Shown here: positions 20,030 to 29,191 of the stretch, piece by piece | Layout of the letters: every line of letters begins with the position of its first letter | Numbering within the stretch: the first letter of the stretch is position 1 | Assembly (NCBI GenBank): GCA_964610875.1 | Contig: CAZSWP010000012.1 | Location: 1 to 64,000 of the forward strand | DNA from: an uncultured archaeon | GTDB lineage: Archaea > Asgardarchaeota > Thorarchaeia > Thorarchaeales > Thorarchaeaceae | Direction: 5' to 3' | DNA: 64,000 nt | Notes under the pieces: model-generated | What the model saw: the letters and a program-made list of their open reading frames with translations, nothing else | Databases searched by the model: none | What the model was told of the DNA's origin: nothing | Made by a program: the position numbers and the translations under genes

Positions 20030-20980
20030 GTGAAAGCTATGGCAAAACCGGTCCGTGCTAAGGATAGCCAAAAAAGTGTCAGTGTCTGCTCGATTTGTGG
20101 TGGCACAGAATTCTATGAGGATCAAGCACGCGGCGAAAACATCTGCACATCCTGTGGATGTGTGATGAACGACCGCATTGTGGATACCGGCCCTGAATGG
20201 AGGGCTTTCACGGCAGAAGAGCGGAATTCACGAGCAAGAACTGGTTCACCGATGACTCTTACTATGGCAGACAAAGGTCTTGCAACAACTATTGGTTGGA
20301 GTGACCGTGATGCTAACGGTCGAACAATTGCTGCAAGCAAACGTGCTGCAATATACCGGATGCGCAAATGGCAAATTCGAACACTCGTTCACAGCTCACA
20401 GCACAGAAACTTGAGCATTGCTATGAGCGAGATGGACCGGCTTACTTCTCAACTTGGAATTCCTAGTGAAACCAAGGAAACCTCTGCTCTCATCTATAGA
20501 AAAGCTCTGACTCGACGTCTTGTAAGGGGTCGAAGCATTGAGGGTATGGTGGCTGCAACTCTCTATCTATCATGTAGAATTCATAAGATTCCTCGACAGC
20601 TTGATGAGATTGTCACAGAAGCACGAGTGAACAGAAAAGAACTTGGACAATGTGTACGACTTATTTTGAGGAATGTACCAATCAAAGTCCCAATTCCTTC
20701 AGCAAATGACTTAATGCCAAGGATATCTGCAGATCTCGCCCTGGATGGACAGACTGTCCAGACGGCTATGAACATCATTAATGAAGCCAGAGAGAAAGGC
20801 ATAACAGCAGGTAAAGACCCTGGCGGTCTCGCAGCAGCTGCATTATATATTGCTGGTATTATCGAGAATGACAGACGTACTCAGCGTGAGATTGCAGAAG
20901 CTTCAAACGTCACTGAGGTCACTGTGAGAAATCGGTATAAGGACTTGGCAAACAGTCTTCAAATAACTATCAAACCATAG
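20030..20980 (+). CDS. tfb: Transcription initiation factor IIB (paralog 1)
   Basis: Zn ribbon, GPEWRAF, GRSIE, two cyclin repeats, TQREIA...VTEVTVRNRYK. Confidence 0.97.
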   Translation: MKAMAKPVRAKDSQKSVSVCSICGGTEFYEDQARGENICTSCGCVMNDRIVDTGPEWRAFTAEERNSRARTGSPMTLTMADKGLATTIGWSDRDANGRTIAASKRAAIYRMRKWQIRTLVHSSQHRNLSIAMSEMDRLTSQLGIPSETKETSALIYRKALTRRLVRGRSIEGMVAATLYLSCRIHKIPRQLDEIVTEARVNRKELGQCVRLILRNVPIKVPIPSANDLMPRISADLALDGQTVQTAMNIINEAREKGITAGKDPGGLAAAALYIAGIIENDRRTQREIAEASNVTEVTVRNRYKDLANSLQITIKP

Positions 20981-21050
20981 GTTTCTTACCTACCACTCAC
21001 TTGGACCTGCATACATTAAATTATTCAGAGAGTATAATCTAGGCCTAATT

Positions 21051-21803
21051 ATGTATCAATTTCTGTTAGCAATATGTGGGTTGCCTGCAAGTGGAAAGAC
21101 AACACTAGCTAATGCGTTGTGGAACCGGAGTAAGGATTATCTAGATGTCCAATTGATAAGCACAGATATGTGGAGAGATGAGGCATTCTATAGTGACTTT
21201 CAACCATGGAAAGAACAGAAAGTCAGAGAGAGAGCTAGAATTGAAACCCAAGACTTCTTACTGATTGGTGATTCCATCGTTCATGATGATACAAACTACT
21301 ATGCAAGCATGCGACACGAACTCTATGAGATGGCAAGATTTGTAGGATGTTTTTTTGGAGTCATCCATGTGACCACTCCTCTAGAAGTGGCTCTTGAATG
21401 GAATAGACAACGTACATCCAATATTCCAGACGAAGTGATAGAGCGAATTGATGAAAGATTTGATTTACCTGGTTCAAAGTATGCATGGGACCAGCCCATC
21501 TTCAAATTCAATCCTTTAACTATGAATACTACAAAAGCGGTTGATGAGATAGTAGAGATATTGGGAAAAGCTGAACCAAGCTATATCACAGAGCGGAAAA
21601 AATATCAAGAGCTAAAGAACGATTATGACGCTGTTTCTAGAAACGTTGTTGCAACTTTTCTACGGGAGTATCGTGACCTACGAGGAGACCCTATGGTTTC
21701 AAAGATACGAAAAGATGTAATAGAGAAAGCAAAATCAAAATCTATCCCTATTGATGCGATGAAGGAGCAATTAATGTCCGAACTAATGAAACTTGTAATT
21801 TAA
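21051..21803 (+). CDS. pstK: O-phosphoseryl-tRNA(Sec) kinase
   Basis: CGLPASGKTT, DDTNYYASMR, WNRQR...IPDEVI, PGSKYAWD; adjacent to tRNA-Sec. Confidence 0.92.
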   Translation: MYQFLLAICGLPASGKTTLANALWNRSKDYLDVQLISTDMWRDEAFYSDFQPWKEQKVRERARIETQDFLLIGDSIVHDDTNYYASMRHELYEMARFVGCFFGVIHVTTPLEVALEWNRQRTSNIPDEVIERIDERFDLPGSKYAWDQPIFKFNPLTMNTTKAVDEIVEILGKAEPSYITERKKYQELKNDYDAVSRNVVATFLREYRDLRGDPMVSKIRKDVIEKAKSKSIPIDAMKEQLMSELMKLVI

Positions 21804-21808
21804 TAAGT

Positions 21809-21899
21809 TGGCGGCGCTCCAAGAGAATCGAACTCTAATCGCGTGAACGATCATGGGTTTGAAGCCCACGGCCTAGGACCACCTATGCTATGGAGCGCC
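21809..21899 (-). tRNA. selC: tRNA-Sec (anticodon UCA)
   Basis: 9-bp acceptor GGCGCTCCA/TGGAGCGCC, G discriminator and encoded CCA, long D-stem with UGGU loop, 6-bp anticodon stem with CUUCAAA loop, variable arm, 4-bp T-stem (9/4 fold). Confidence 0.96.
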
Positions 21900-21912
21900 T
21901 TGGATGCACTGT

Positions 21913-22563
21913 CTAAATGTGTTTAGCTATAAGGTCTTGTGTTTCATGCTTCCATTCTACAGATTTCTTTGCTAATGCCATTGCAAAATCGCTAGGTAGG
22001 GTATCGTTTTGTGACATTGACTCCATCTTAGATAGCCAGCCGCTGGTATTCAGTGTCAATGGAGGTACTTCTTCTCCCTCAGTGGCTTTTATCATCATCT
22101 CTCTTCCATGTGCCAATTGGTAATATATGTCAGCGCATGGTTTCTTCTCAACGATAGAATAAACAATACGATCCCAACACGTTTTGGCAACCAATGCACG
22201 ACGGACCTTAGATTTCATCTCATCATCGAGTGCTTGATATTTTTTGACGGTCATTTCAATTGAAGTGATGATGACATCTAGGTATTTTGTGAGTTGATCA
22301 TCAGAATCTCCATGTGCAGTAATCTCAACGGATTTACTCTCACCAAGTACGCGCAGGCCAACCTGTATACCATTGGATTCAGACTCGGTGCTAAACGTAG
22401 CACGCCCTTCAAAGTTCTGACTTTCAGCTTCTGAATATTCGAGTAGGTAGACTTTTGGACGAGACGCAATGATATACCACGCCATCCTGAAGATCACATC
22501 TGGTTCTATGTCATCAAATACATGAGAACGAGACACTTTTGATGGATATTCTCTATTTACCAC
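21913..22563 (-). CDS. Uncharacterised protein inside the Sec cluster
   Basis: 216-aa ORF, 15 bp downstream of SepSecS and 13 bp upstream of tRNA-Sec, same strand. Confidence 0.8.
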   Translation of the reverse strand: MVNREYPSKVSRSHVFDDIEPDVIFRMAWYIIASRPKVYLLEYSEAESQNFEGRATFSTESESNGIQVGLRVLGESKSVEITAHGDSDDQLTKYLDVIITSIEMTVKKYQALDDEMKSKVRRALVAKTCWDRIVYSIVEKKPCADIYYQLAHGREMMIKATEGEEVPPLTLNTSGWLSKMESMSQNDTLPSDFAMALAKKSVEWKHETQDLIAKHI

Positions 22564-22578
22564 TGTTCAGCCCACCAT

Positions 22579-23904
22579 TCAGGATATCTTTGAAAGAGAA
22601 CTGAGTTCCTTATAGGCTTTAGCAGTGGCGACCTTTATGTCATTTTCATTGACTCCAATTGCAGCATTCATAACAAGATAAGCGTGAGGATAATCATCTA
22701 TACAGGAGCCATTGCTCCCGACTTCAACAGCTCTTGGTCCAGTGACTCGTAGATTATACAGATGCGCACCAATCTTGGTAGCATCGAGTCCATCAAGAGT
22801 CACTGCAGCAGCTATTGGGCTCTTCACGTCAAGCACACGTTGACCGATTGACTCAGCTATCTTGTTCAATTCATCATCGAGTATACGTTTGCATTCTCTC
22901 TGAGTCACACGCAACTCTTGATATTTTTCAAGTCCCAATGCAAGCAATGCAGCGAGTGTTTGAACTACAGGTGCTGCTGATGCACGTCCAGCAAAGGTTT
23001 CAGCTATTTCAGAGGTAGTCTTTTCAGATGGTGTACAGACAATGGCACCCCCTACTGGTGTCATGAAGTTCTTGTCCGTGCTTTGTATAATAGCGTCAAC
23101 TCGTCCAGCATCAATTGCTGATTGTAGCAGTTTCATAATCTCTTCAGACTGCACACCATATGCATTGTTGACTATGTGTGGAATGTCGTTTTCTTGACAT
23201 AAGCGTGCAACTGTCTTTACTGGGTCAGTTTCCCTTGGTGGAAAGAAAGTAGTAGTAGTCAATACTACAAAATCATCTTTTCTCTGTATCATTGTTTCAA
23301 AAGCAGAAAGATCCATCCCTACTGCATCATCTTTCAATATTGTAGGGACCACTATCTCTTCAAATCCAACAAGAGCAATCCCTCTGTGGGGAGAACGATG
23401 GTCTATTCGTGGAAACAATACTTTGTCCACATTATAGGTTCTACGGAGTGCAGCCAAGACCAAACCAATTGTCATCCCTGTTGAGATGGGAAGGACAAAA
23501 CCTGACTGAATATTTGGAAGTCCCAACTTTCGGAGTGCATCGACAGCTACATTGTTAGCAATACCTTGCATTATTGAGGCGCCAGTTGCTTTTGGTTGAG
23601 GTGCTATCAATTGCCCACTCCGACCAATCCCGTGATTAAATCCAGCTGCAAGTTGTTCTACAAACGGTGATGCCACCCTGCCTTCTCTTTCACCCACTCT
23701 TGCTGCATCTGGGTCTTTATCAGTGTCCATGGATGAGAGGAGTTTTACAAGTAATTCAATCTGCGAATCCTTCAATGCCTTGTCTGGGAATTGCTTCCTG
23801 TTCATTAGGTCACGAATTGGTGCCAGAAATGCATCAAGAGTTGTTTCTGCTCTCTTTAGCATGCTTTCTGGAATTATACTGGTCAGTATTTTATCAATGT
23901 CCAA
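22579..23904 (-). CDS. spcS: O-phosphoseryl-tRNA(Sec) selenium transferase SepSecS
   Basis: VGEREGR, HGIGRSG...PQPKA.G, TGM, NNAYG, GRVDA..QSTDKNF..PVGG; start placed at TTG 23904 overlapping the SelB stop. Confidence 0.96.
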   Translation of the reverse strand: MDIDKILTSIIPESMLKRAETTLDAFLAPIRDLMNRKQFPDKALKDSQIELLVKLLSSMDTDKDPDAARVGEREGRVASPFVEQLAAGFNHGIGRSGQLIAPQPKATGASIMQGIANNVAVDALRKLGLPNIQSGFVLPISTGMTIGLVLAALRRTYNVDKVLFPRIDHRSPHRGIALVGFEEIVVPTILKDDAVGMDLSAFETMIQRKDDFVVLTTTTFFPPRETDPVKTVARLCQENDIPHIVNNAYGVQSEEIMKLLQSAIDAGRVDAIIQSTDKNFMTPVGGAIVCTPSEKTTSEIAETFAGRASAAPVVQTLAALLALGLEKYQELRVTQRECKRILDDELNKIAESIGQRVLDVKSPIAAAVTLDGLDATKIGAHLYNLRVTGPRAVEVGSNGSCIDDYPHAYLVMNAAIGVNENDIKVATAKAYKELSSLSKIS

Positions 23905-25300
23905 ACGAATACTCCTCCTCAATCCATCTCTTGTAATAAACCTCCTGCGATTCCTGAACCTCAGAATCGAATGTGACTGCCAGGACTCCTCTAGTTCCAA
24001 AAGGCTGTTTAATCTCCCCTCTTATGCCCTTCTCAGTTTCTACAGTCTTACCAATAAGATGCTCTGATCGTATTTTATCTGAAGCCAAGCCTTCGACTAA
24101 GACATCATTGTCGCGTAATCTGGATATTCTTCCAATGCGCGTCTTCTCTCGTTTTAGGCGTACAATATCAGGTAAGTCAGTAATTTTCCCAGACCCCATG
24201 ATTCTCATTGCAGTCGGTGGGAGGTCTGTTCTCATAAGTAGTATCTTCATGCTGGTATCAATAGGTATAGCAGTCTGCAGCAATAAAGCAAGATAAGTTG
24301 TTTTGCTTAGTGCTTCATTACCTACAAAGTATTCATTATTCTCTGCGGTGATTGGTATGACCTCACATGTAACAGATGACATTCCTATCATGGCATTGAC
24401 AACCATACGTTGTGAAATACGTCCTTTATACAATGGATTCCTATCAAATGAACAGATGAGATTCTTGGATACCCGCATACCGTTTGGAACTGAGAGATAG
24501 TCTCCTCTGTGTATTTCAGAACTATCGAAATCTGGGATGTTGATACCTATTCTGTCACCTGCATTTGCTATTCTTCTAGTTTCACCAAACACTTGAATTG
24601 ACCGAATCTTTGCAGCCTTCATATGAGGAACTAATTGCACTGTATCGTTGGTCTGAATTTCTCCTCGTAATACTGTCCCGGTCAGAACCGTACCATACCC
24701 TTTCTTTGGAAATGCATGATCGATGGGCATCATGAATAGTGCTTCCACAAGTCTGTTACTGGGTTTCAGAATCTCAGCAAGTGCATCCTTTAAATCTGGA
24801 ATTCCCGTTTCTGTGATTGCTGAGATTGGTACAATCTGACTCTCTGGATATCCTGCACTCACCATGAGTCGTTTGATTTCATCCTGCAATGTGTCCAACT
24901 GCTTTGGTTCTACTAGGTCTATCTTCGAGAGTGCCACAATTAGTCGCTCGATTCCAAGTGATTGGAGGACTATTAGGTGCTCTCCAGTTTGTACTTTTGG
25001 CCCTTCATCTGCTGCAATTACAAGGATAGCTGCATCAATGATGTTTGCACCTGCAATCACACTACGTATGAGGTCTGCATGTCCAGGTGCATCAACTAAG
25101 GTCACGAGATAATTATCTAGAGTAAACATCGTGAAACCCAAGTCTATTGTTATCCCTCGTCTTTTTGATTGAGGGTGTTTGTCCAGCCCCGCCGTTGATA
25201 TTTTTTCACTGAGGGCTCGCGCTATCTCGGTCTTTCCATGGTCAATATGACCAAGGAGACCAACATGCACTGGTATTAGTTCATTCATCTCCAACAACAT
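23894..25300 (-). CDS. selB: Selenocysteine-specific elongation factor SelB/eEFSec
   Basis: GHIDHGKT, STAGLDK, RGITIDLGF, VDAPGHA.LIR, QTGEHL; archaeal/eukaryotic-type domain IV (G.I..PFG..G). Confidence 0.96.
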   Translation of the reverse strand: MLLEMNELIPVHVGLLGHIDHGKTEIARALSEKISTAGLDKHPQSKRRGITIDLGFTMFTLDNYLVTLVDAPGHADLIRSVIAGANIIDAAILVIAADEGPKVQTGEHLIVLQSLGIERLIVALSKIDLVEPKQLDTLQDEIKRLMVSAGYPESQIVPISAITETGIPDLKDALAEILKPSNRLVEALFMMPIDHAFPKKGYGTVLTGTVLRGEIQTNDTVQLVPHMKAAKIRSIQVFGETRRIANAGDRIGINIPDFDSSEIHRGDYLSVPNGMRVSKNLICSFDRNPLYKGRISQRMVVNAMIGMSSVTCEVIPITAENNEYFVGNEALSKTTYLALLLQTAIPIDTSMKILLMRTDLPPTAMRIMGSGKITDLPDIVRLKREKTRIGRISRLRDNDVLVEGLASDKIRSEHLIGKTVETEKGIRGEIKQPFGTRGVLAVTFDSEVQESQEVYYKRWIEEEYSFGH

Positions 25301-25388
25301 CTAGAATACTCGATATCTGTTAAAACCTTGGCTTAGAGCCGTCGTCCTGTCAGTGGTACTTATTTGGTGGGTTGCTTGATGTAAAGGT

Positions 25389-25796
25389 ATGGTATCGCGC
25401 TCTCTTGAGAAGATGATGTTGATTGCTATTGGACTCACAACAGTTGTTGTTATTGGTGTTCCTGTGTTAATATTTGCAATGGATACCATAAATACAACAA
25501 CCCGAATCCAAGCAGCTGAATCGTTTGCCCAACAGATATTCAACGCCTCATTGCAGGTAGACTCGGGAGAGGTTGAAGAGAAGACGATCCAAGTAGTCGT
25601 ACCATCTAATATGACCATTGAGGCTATAGGTGAGAGTCTTATTGTGACTTATACTAGGGTGGGTACTGAGGATCTGACCTGGTCTCAAGACTTTTCGCAT
25701 CAGGTTCATGTTCTCACTCCTACTACTCCAGGTGCCTATATACTTCATATCATACTAGATGAAGACAGATTAGTTCTTGAGTTTAGTCAGGTATAG
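25389..25796 (+). CDS. Hypothetical protein with N-terminal TM helix, pilin-like architecture
   Basis: SRSLE followed by hydrophobic helix, amphipathic helix and beta-rich domain. Confidence 0.6.
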   Translation: MVSRSLEKMMLIAIGLTTVVVIGVPVLIFAMDTINTTTRIQAAESFAQQIFNASLQVDSGEVEEKTIQVVVPSNMTIEAIGESLIVTYTRVGTEDLTWSQDFSHQVHVLTPTTPGAYILHIILDEDRLVLEFSQV

Positions 25797-25879
25797 TACA
25801 TCTATTATTCTTAACACAACTCTTTTAAGCTTGGTAAAGCGTTCGCCGTGAATAGCGCCTAAGGCGAGGACTAATTGCA

Positions 25880-26938
25880 ATGGCAGAGGATGCCGAAACC
25901 CCTGAACAAATGGATGCAGAAGAAATCGAGTCTGCATCAGTAGAAACTCATGAACCAGAGGGAAAAAAGAAGAAACGAGAGTTTAAACTCAAGAACCCAC
26001 TTGGCTTCATATTTAACATAAGAATGCTAAGAAGAGTTGTTCAAATCTTCTTCTTACTTGTGTTGAATGCGTACATATTCGGGGCTTGGTGGGGACAAGA
26101 GGCTATAACTCAATTCTGGGTTGATGTGAGAGCATATCTTCCCACATTACCTATTATTGCTCCTCTTGAAGCACCATTCGCAATAATCGCAGGTTCATTT
26201 GATATCATGCAGAGAGAATTGACCGGAGGACTTTTCCCCTTCTTCACTCTAGGAGCTATGATTATAATTTTGACCATTTTGGGTCGTGCTGCTTGTGGTT
26301 GGGTGTGTCCAATTGGGACAATTCAAGACTTTGCAACATTGCCGAGCAGATCAAAAATACGTCCAGCTCCGGGAACTGAGAAGGAGCTCAGACGAGTGAA
26401 AGGTTACATTGGTGTGATTGTCTTGTTCTTTGTCGCTTGGATTGGTATCAGTGTGACCCTTGGTACTGCGGACGCTCTAATTGAAGCGATGGGAATGTTT
26501 GCAAACGCACCTTTTGATCCGTTCAATCCTGCGTACATTGTCTTTGTAAAGATACCAGAAATGATTGAGTCAGAATACTGGCCAAAAAGTATAGAAACGC
26601 TCTGGCGACTCGGTTACTGGACCCCTATTTTCTGGTTACAAATCTCTTTTGTATTTCTAGTAGCAATTGTATCATTCTGGTTCCCAAGATGGTTCTGTCG
26701 TTGGATCTGTCCTGCAGGATGGTTCTATGGACTCTTCTCAAGAGATGCACTGGTTGGAATTGGTAGAAATCCTGCTAGATGTACTCCTGATGTTTGTAAT
26801 GTCTGTGAAGTAGTATGTCCAATGAACATCAGAATTAGAAGATTCCCCTATCAGCATGTATACAGTCCAGACTGTATCATGTGCTTGGAATGCAAGAGTC
26901 ATTGTCCCAATAACGCAATTGAGATAGCGTTCTTGTGA
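25880..26938 (+). CDS. Membrane 4Fe-4S binding protein (NapH/MauN family)
   Basis: GRAACGWVCPIG, RWFCRWICPAG, two ferredoxin motifs. Confidence 0.92.
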   Translation: MAEDAETPEQMDAEEIESASVETHEPEGKKKKREFKLKNPLGFIFNIRMLRRVVQIFFLLVLNAYIFGAWWGQEAITQFWVDVRAYLPTLPIIAPLEAPFAIIAGSFDIMQRELTGGLFPFFTLGAMIIILTILGRAACGWVCPIGTIQDFATLPSRSKIRPAPGTEKELRRVKGYIGVIVLFFVAWIGISVTLGTADALIEAMGMFANAPFDPFNPAYIVFVKIPEMIESEYWPKSIETLWRLGYWTPIFWLQISFVFLVAIVSFWFPRWFCRWICPAGWFYGLFSRDALVGIGRNPARCTPDVCNVCEVVCPMNIRIRRFPYQHVYSPDCIMCLECKSHCPNNAIEIAFL

Positions 26939-27292
26939 TCAAATCTTAGAAGAATCCTTAATGACATCTTCAAAGGAATCATTGATATTAGCATAGAGTT
27001 CCATAAGACTTAGTGCATAATCTGTCACCCTTGCACCACCGCCACCAACCGTGCCCCCACGATATGAATCAAGGAGTTTCACACCTATTTTTTTTTCTAT
27101 ATCTCTTATTACACCCCATGCATATCGATATGACATACCTATATTCTTAGCCCCAGCAGAAATGGTCCCTGCATCCTGTATACTCTTTAGAATCGCATAA
27201 GCACCAGGTCCAAAAACATACTCTCCCTCATGTTCTAGCCATAGCTTGTAGTTTGGACGCAACTCAGGTAGACCGTCGGTACTCTTTGACAT
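26939..27292 (-). CDS. ModE-type winged-helix transcriptional regulator (N-terminal domain only)
   Basis: KLWLE, FGPG, GTISAGAK.IGMSYRYAW, RGG..GGGA. Confidence 0.9.
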   Translation of the reverse strand: MSKSTDGLPELRPNYKLWLEHEGEYVFGPGAYAILKSIQDAGTISAGAKNIGMSYRYAWGVIRDIEKKIGVKLLDSYRGGTVGGGGARVTDYALSLMELYANINDSFEDVIKDSSKI

Positions 27293-27349
27293 AATGTCTT
27301 TGACTCCCCTGCAAACTTGTAACAAAAAGTGGGGCTTCTTGGAGTGGGT

Positions 27350-27592
27350 CTAGGGACCCCAGCGCATTCTCTCGCCCTTTGTGTCCTTTTTGTAAGCTTT
27401 CTTGACCTGTTTCCAGTGTTCTTTGCAGAGGTAAGTTTTTCTCTTCCTGGAGTCCTTGACTTTAAGACCACAGGATGCTACACTTGGACCTATCCTCTGA
27501 GATGACATAGATTTCATAGCTTCTTCGTTACAGCCAGCAATACTACAGATTTTCTTACTTCTTGTTGCCAAGGTCCACACTTCTTGTAACAT
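27350..27592 (-). CDS. Small zinc-binding protein
   Basis: CSIAGC...YLCKEHWK, basic. Confidence 0.75.
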   Translation of the reverse strand: MLQEVWTLATRSKKICSIAGCNEEAMKSMSSQRIGPSVASCGLKVKDSRKRKTYLCKEHWKQVKKAYKKDTKGERMRWGP

Positions 27593-27634
27593 AGAAAAGA
27601 AGACATCATTTAACTATAGCGACGAAGGCGATTC

Positions 27635-28624
27635 TTATGGAGTGCCTCTCGGAATTAAAACAGGTCCTTTTGAATAATCGAACATTATATCCTCATTATC
27701 ACCCTGTCGCAAGCGGAGTGTTTTTTGGGAATCAACATATCCAATTTTTAACATTTTCATTCCATGAGATATTGCAATTTCCTCAACCGTAGATAAACTA
27801 TTTTCAGGTACTGACAGTAAGAAACCAAGAGAAATGAACATTCTTAGCCAGTCATCCATCTCAATCTCTTCAGGTCTTGACCTTTCAATCCAATCAAGAA
27901 CTAATACTCCACCAGTTCCTGAGTATTCCAACATCATTCCAGCTGTACCGACGATGCCTGAAACAGATACATCCTTTGATGCAGAAACTAGTTTTCTCTC
28001 AGCTAATTCATTCATTACAGATAGTCTTGTCGTGACAGTATCCGAGTCCCGTCCAGTGACAGAGTCCCAACCAAGTCGATAGCTAGATCCACGTCGGCCG
28101 GTGCTATCAAAAAGTAGTACAAGACTCTCTCCTGCTTTTGCACCACCCGAGGTAAGCATTACCTGTTTCTTCACTGTACCAGTAGCAGAACCAACCACGT
28201 AAGTTGATTCAGATGCCGGATTTGTATGACCTCGAACAATTGGTACTTCAAAAGTATTTGAACCCTCAATGACGCCCTCTAATAGCTTTTCTCCTACCGT
28301 TTCATCAGAATATGATAGTGCTATTGCAAATGAGGTTGGCACACCACCTGCTGCATAAATGTCCATTATGTTTGCAAGTACTGCATTAAATCCAGCTGCG
28401 TGAGGGTGATGCAAGCATAATTCTTCAACGATTGCATCTGTGGTCAATAAGACAACATAATCTGTGTCAGTAAGAATTGCTGCAGAGTCCTCTCCAAGCG
28501 AATGAGGACTATTTCCATTATATGATGTCGCCCGTAATTTAGAAAGAATATTGGGAATCACAAACTTTCTTGAGATACCATCAAAACTTCGAAGCATCTC
28601 TATAGTCTTTTGTAAATCCCTCAA
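27635..28624 (-). CDS. AIR synthase-related (PurM/SelD/ThiL fold) protein, methanogenesis-marker-2/sll0787-like
   Basis: GEDSAA, ANIMDIYAAGG.P, VRGHTNP, SKDVS..GIVGT. Confidence 0.85.
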   Translation of the reverse strand: MRDLQKTIEMLRSFDGISRKFVIPNILSKLRATSYNGNSPHSLGEDSAAILTDTDYVVLLTTDAIVEELCLHHPHAAGFNAVLANIMDIYAAGGVPTSFAIALSYSDETVGEKLLEGVIEGSNTFEVPIVRGHTNPASESTYVVGSATGTVKKQVMLTSGGAKAGESLVLLFDSTGRRGSSYRLGWDSVTGRDSDTVTTRLSVMNELAERKLVSASKDVSVSGIVGTAGMMLEYSGTGGVLVLDWIERSRPEEIEMDDWLRMFISLGFLLSVPENSLSTVEEIAISHGMKMLKIGYVDSQKTLRLRQGDNEDIMFDYSKGPVLIPRGTP

Positions 28625-28653
28625 CGACTATCACTCGATGAACTAGTGAAGAC

Positions 28654-28779
28654 TTACGGTCCTCCCATAAATCCTATTGCGAACGCAATCTGACCGAGAA
28701 TGTATCCAATTGCGAGAAGTGACATACCTACCATGAAATAAATCAACGCACGCATTTCATGTCTAATTTCTTCGAACAT
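28654..28779 (-). CDS. 41-aa single-TM microprotein (below the ORF-track cutoff)
   Basis: GGTGA RBS then MFEEIRHEMRALIYFMVGMSLLAIGYILGQIAFAIGFMGGP*. Confidence 0.6.
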   Translation of the reverse strand: MFEEIRHEMRALIYFMVGMSLLAIGYILGQIAFAIGFMGGP

Positions 28780-28851
28780 CTATGTTCACCTTCGGGTGCT
28801 CCGAAAATTCATTGTGATGCTTATAGACGTTGTGGGATGTCAGTTAAACAT

Positions 28852-29160
28852 CTACAGATTGCCTTTACTACGGATTTTCTTTTCGTATTTTTTGGGTATG
28901 TGTTGTGGGTCTACAAAATCATCTCGTTCATCGACCTCACCTTTCTTCGTTGCTAGTCGTCCTCTGCACTTCCCAGCATCCCCCATGCGTCGTATTCTGC
29001 ACTTAGCGTATTGACACCATCCGCCATCACATGTATCCTCAAAAGTAGCACACCATGCCACTTTTTTTCCCTTTTCTTTGCGAAACAGTAGCACGCCCTT
29101 CCCCTGATCACAGACAAATTCTGGACAGAAGGGAGTGCAATCTGATTGACCTTTCTGCAT
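28852..29160 (-). CDS. Small Cys-rich hypothetical protein
   Basis: Eight Cys (CTPFC..F.C, WC, C.G..C.YA.C, C); GGAG RBS. Confidence 0.75.
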   Translation of the reverse strand: MQKGQSDCTPFCPEFVCDQGKGVLLFRKEKGKKVAWCATFEDTCDGGWCQYAKCRIRRMGDAGKCRGRLATKKGEVDERDDFVDPQHIPKKYEKKIRSKGNL

Positions 29161-29191
29161 GAGATCAACTCCTGACCGTAACCATTCGGGT

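Noticed and set aside
23905-24000. N-terminal extension of SepSecS given by the ORF track
   Set aside because: Overlaps selB by about 100 bp; TTG at 23904 gives a normal coupled start.
27635-28624. Selenophosphate synthetase SelD
   Set aside because: Lacks the N-terminal Cys/Sec-Gly-x-Lys motif and the DFF motif of SelD.
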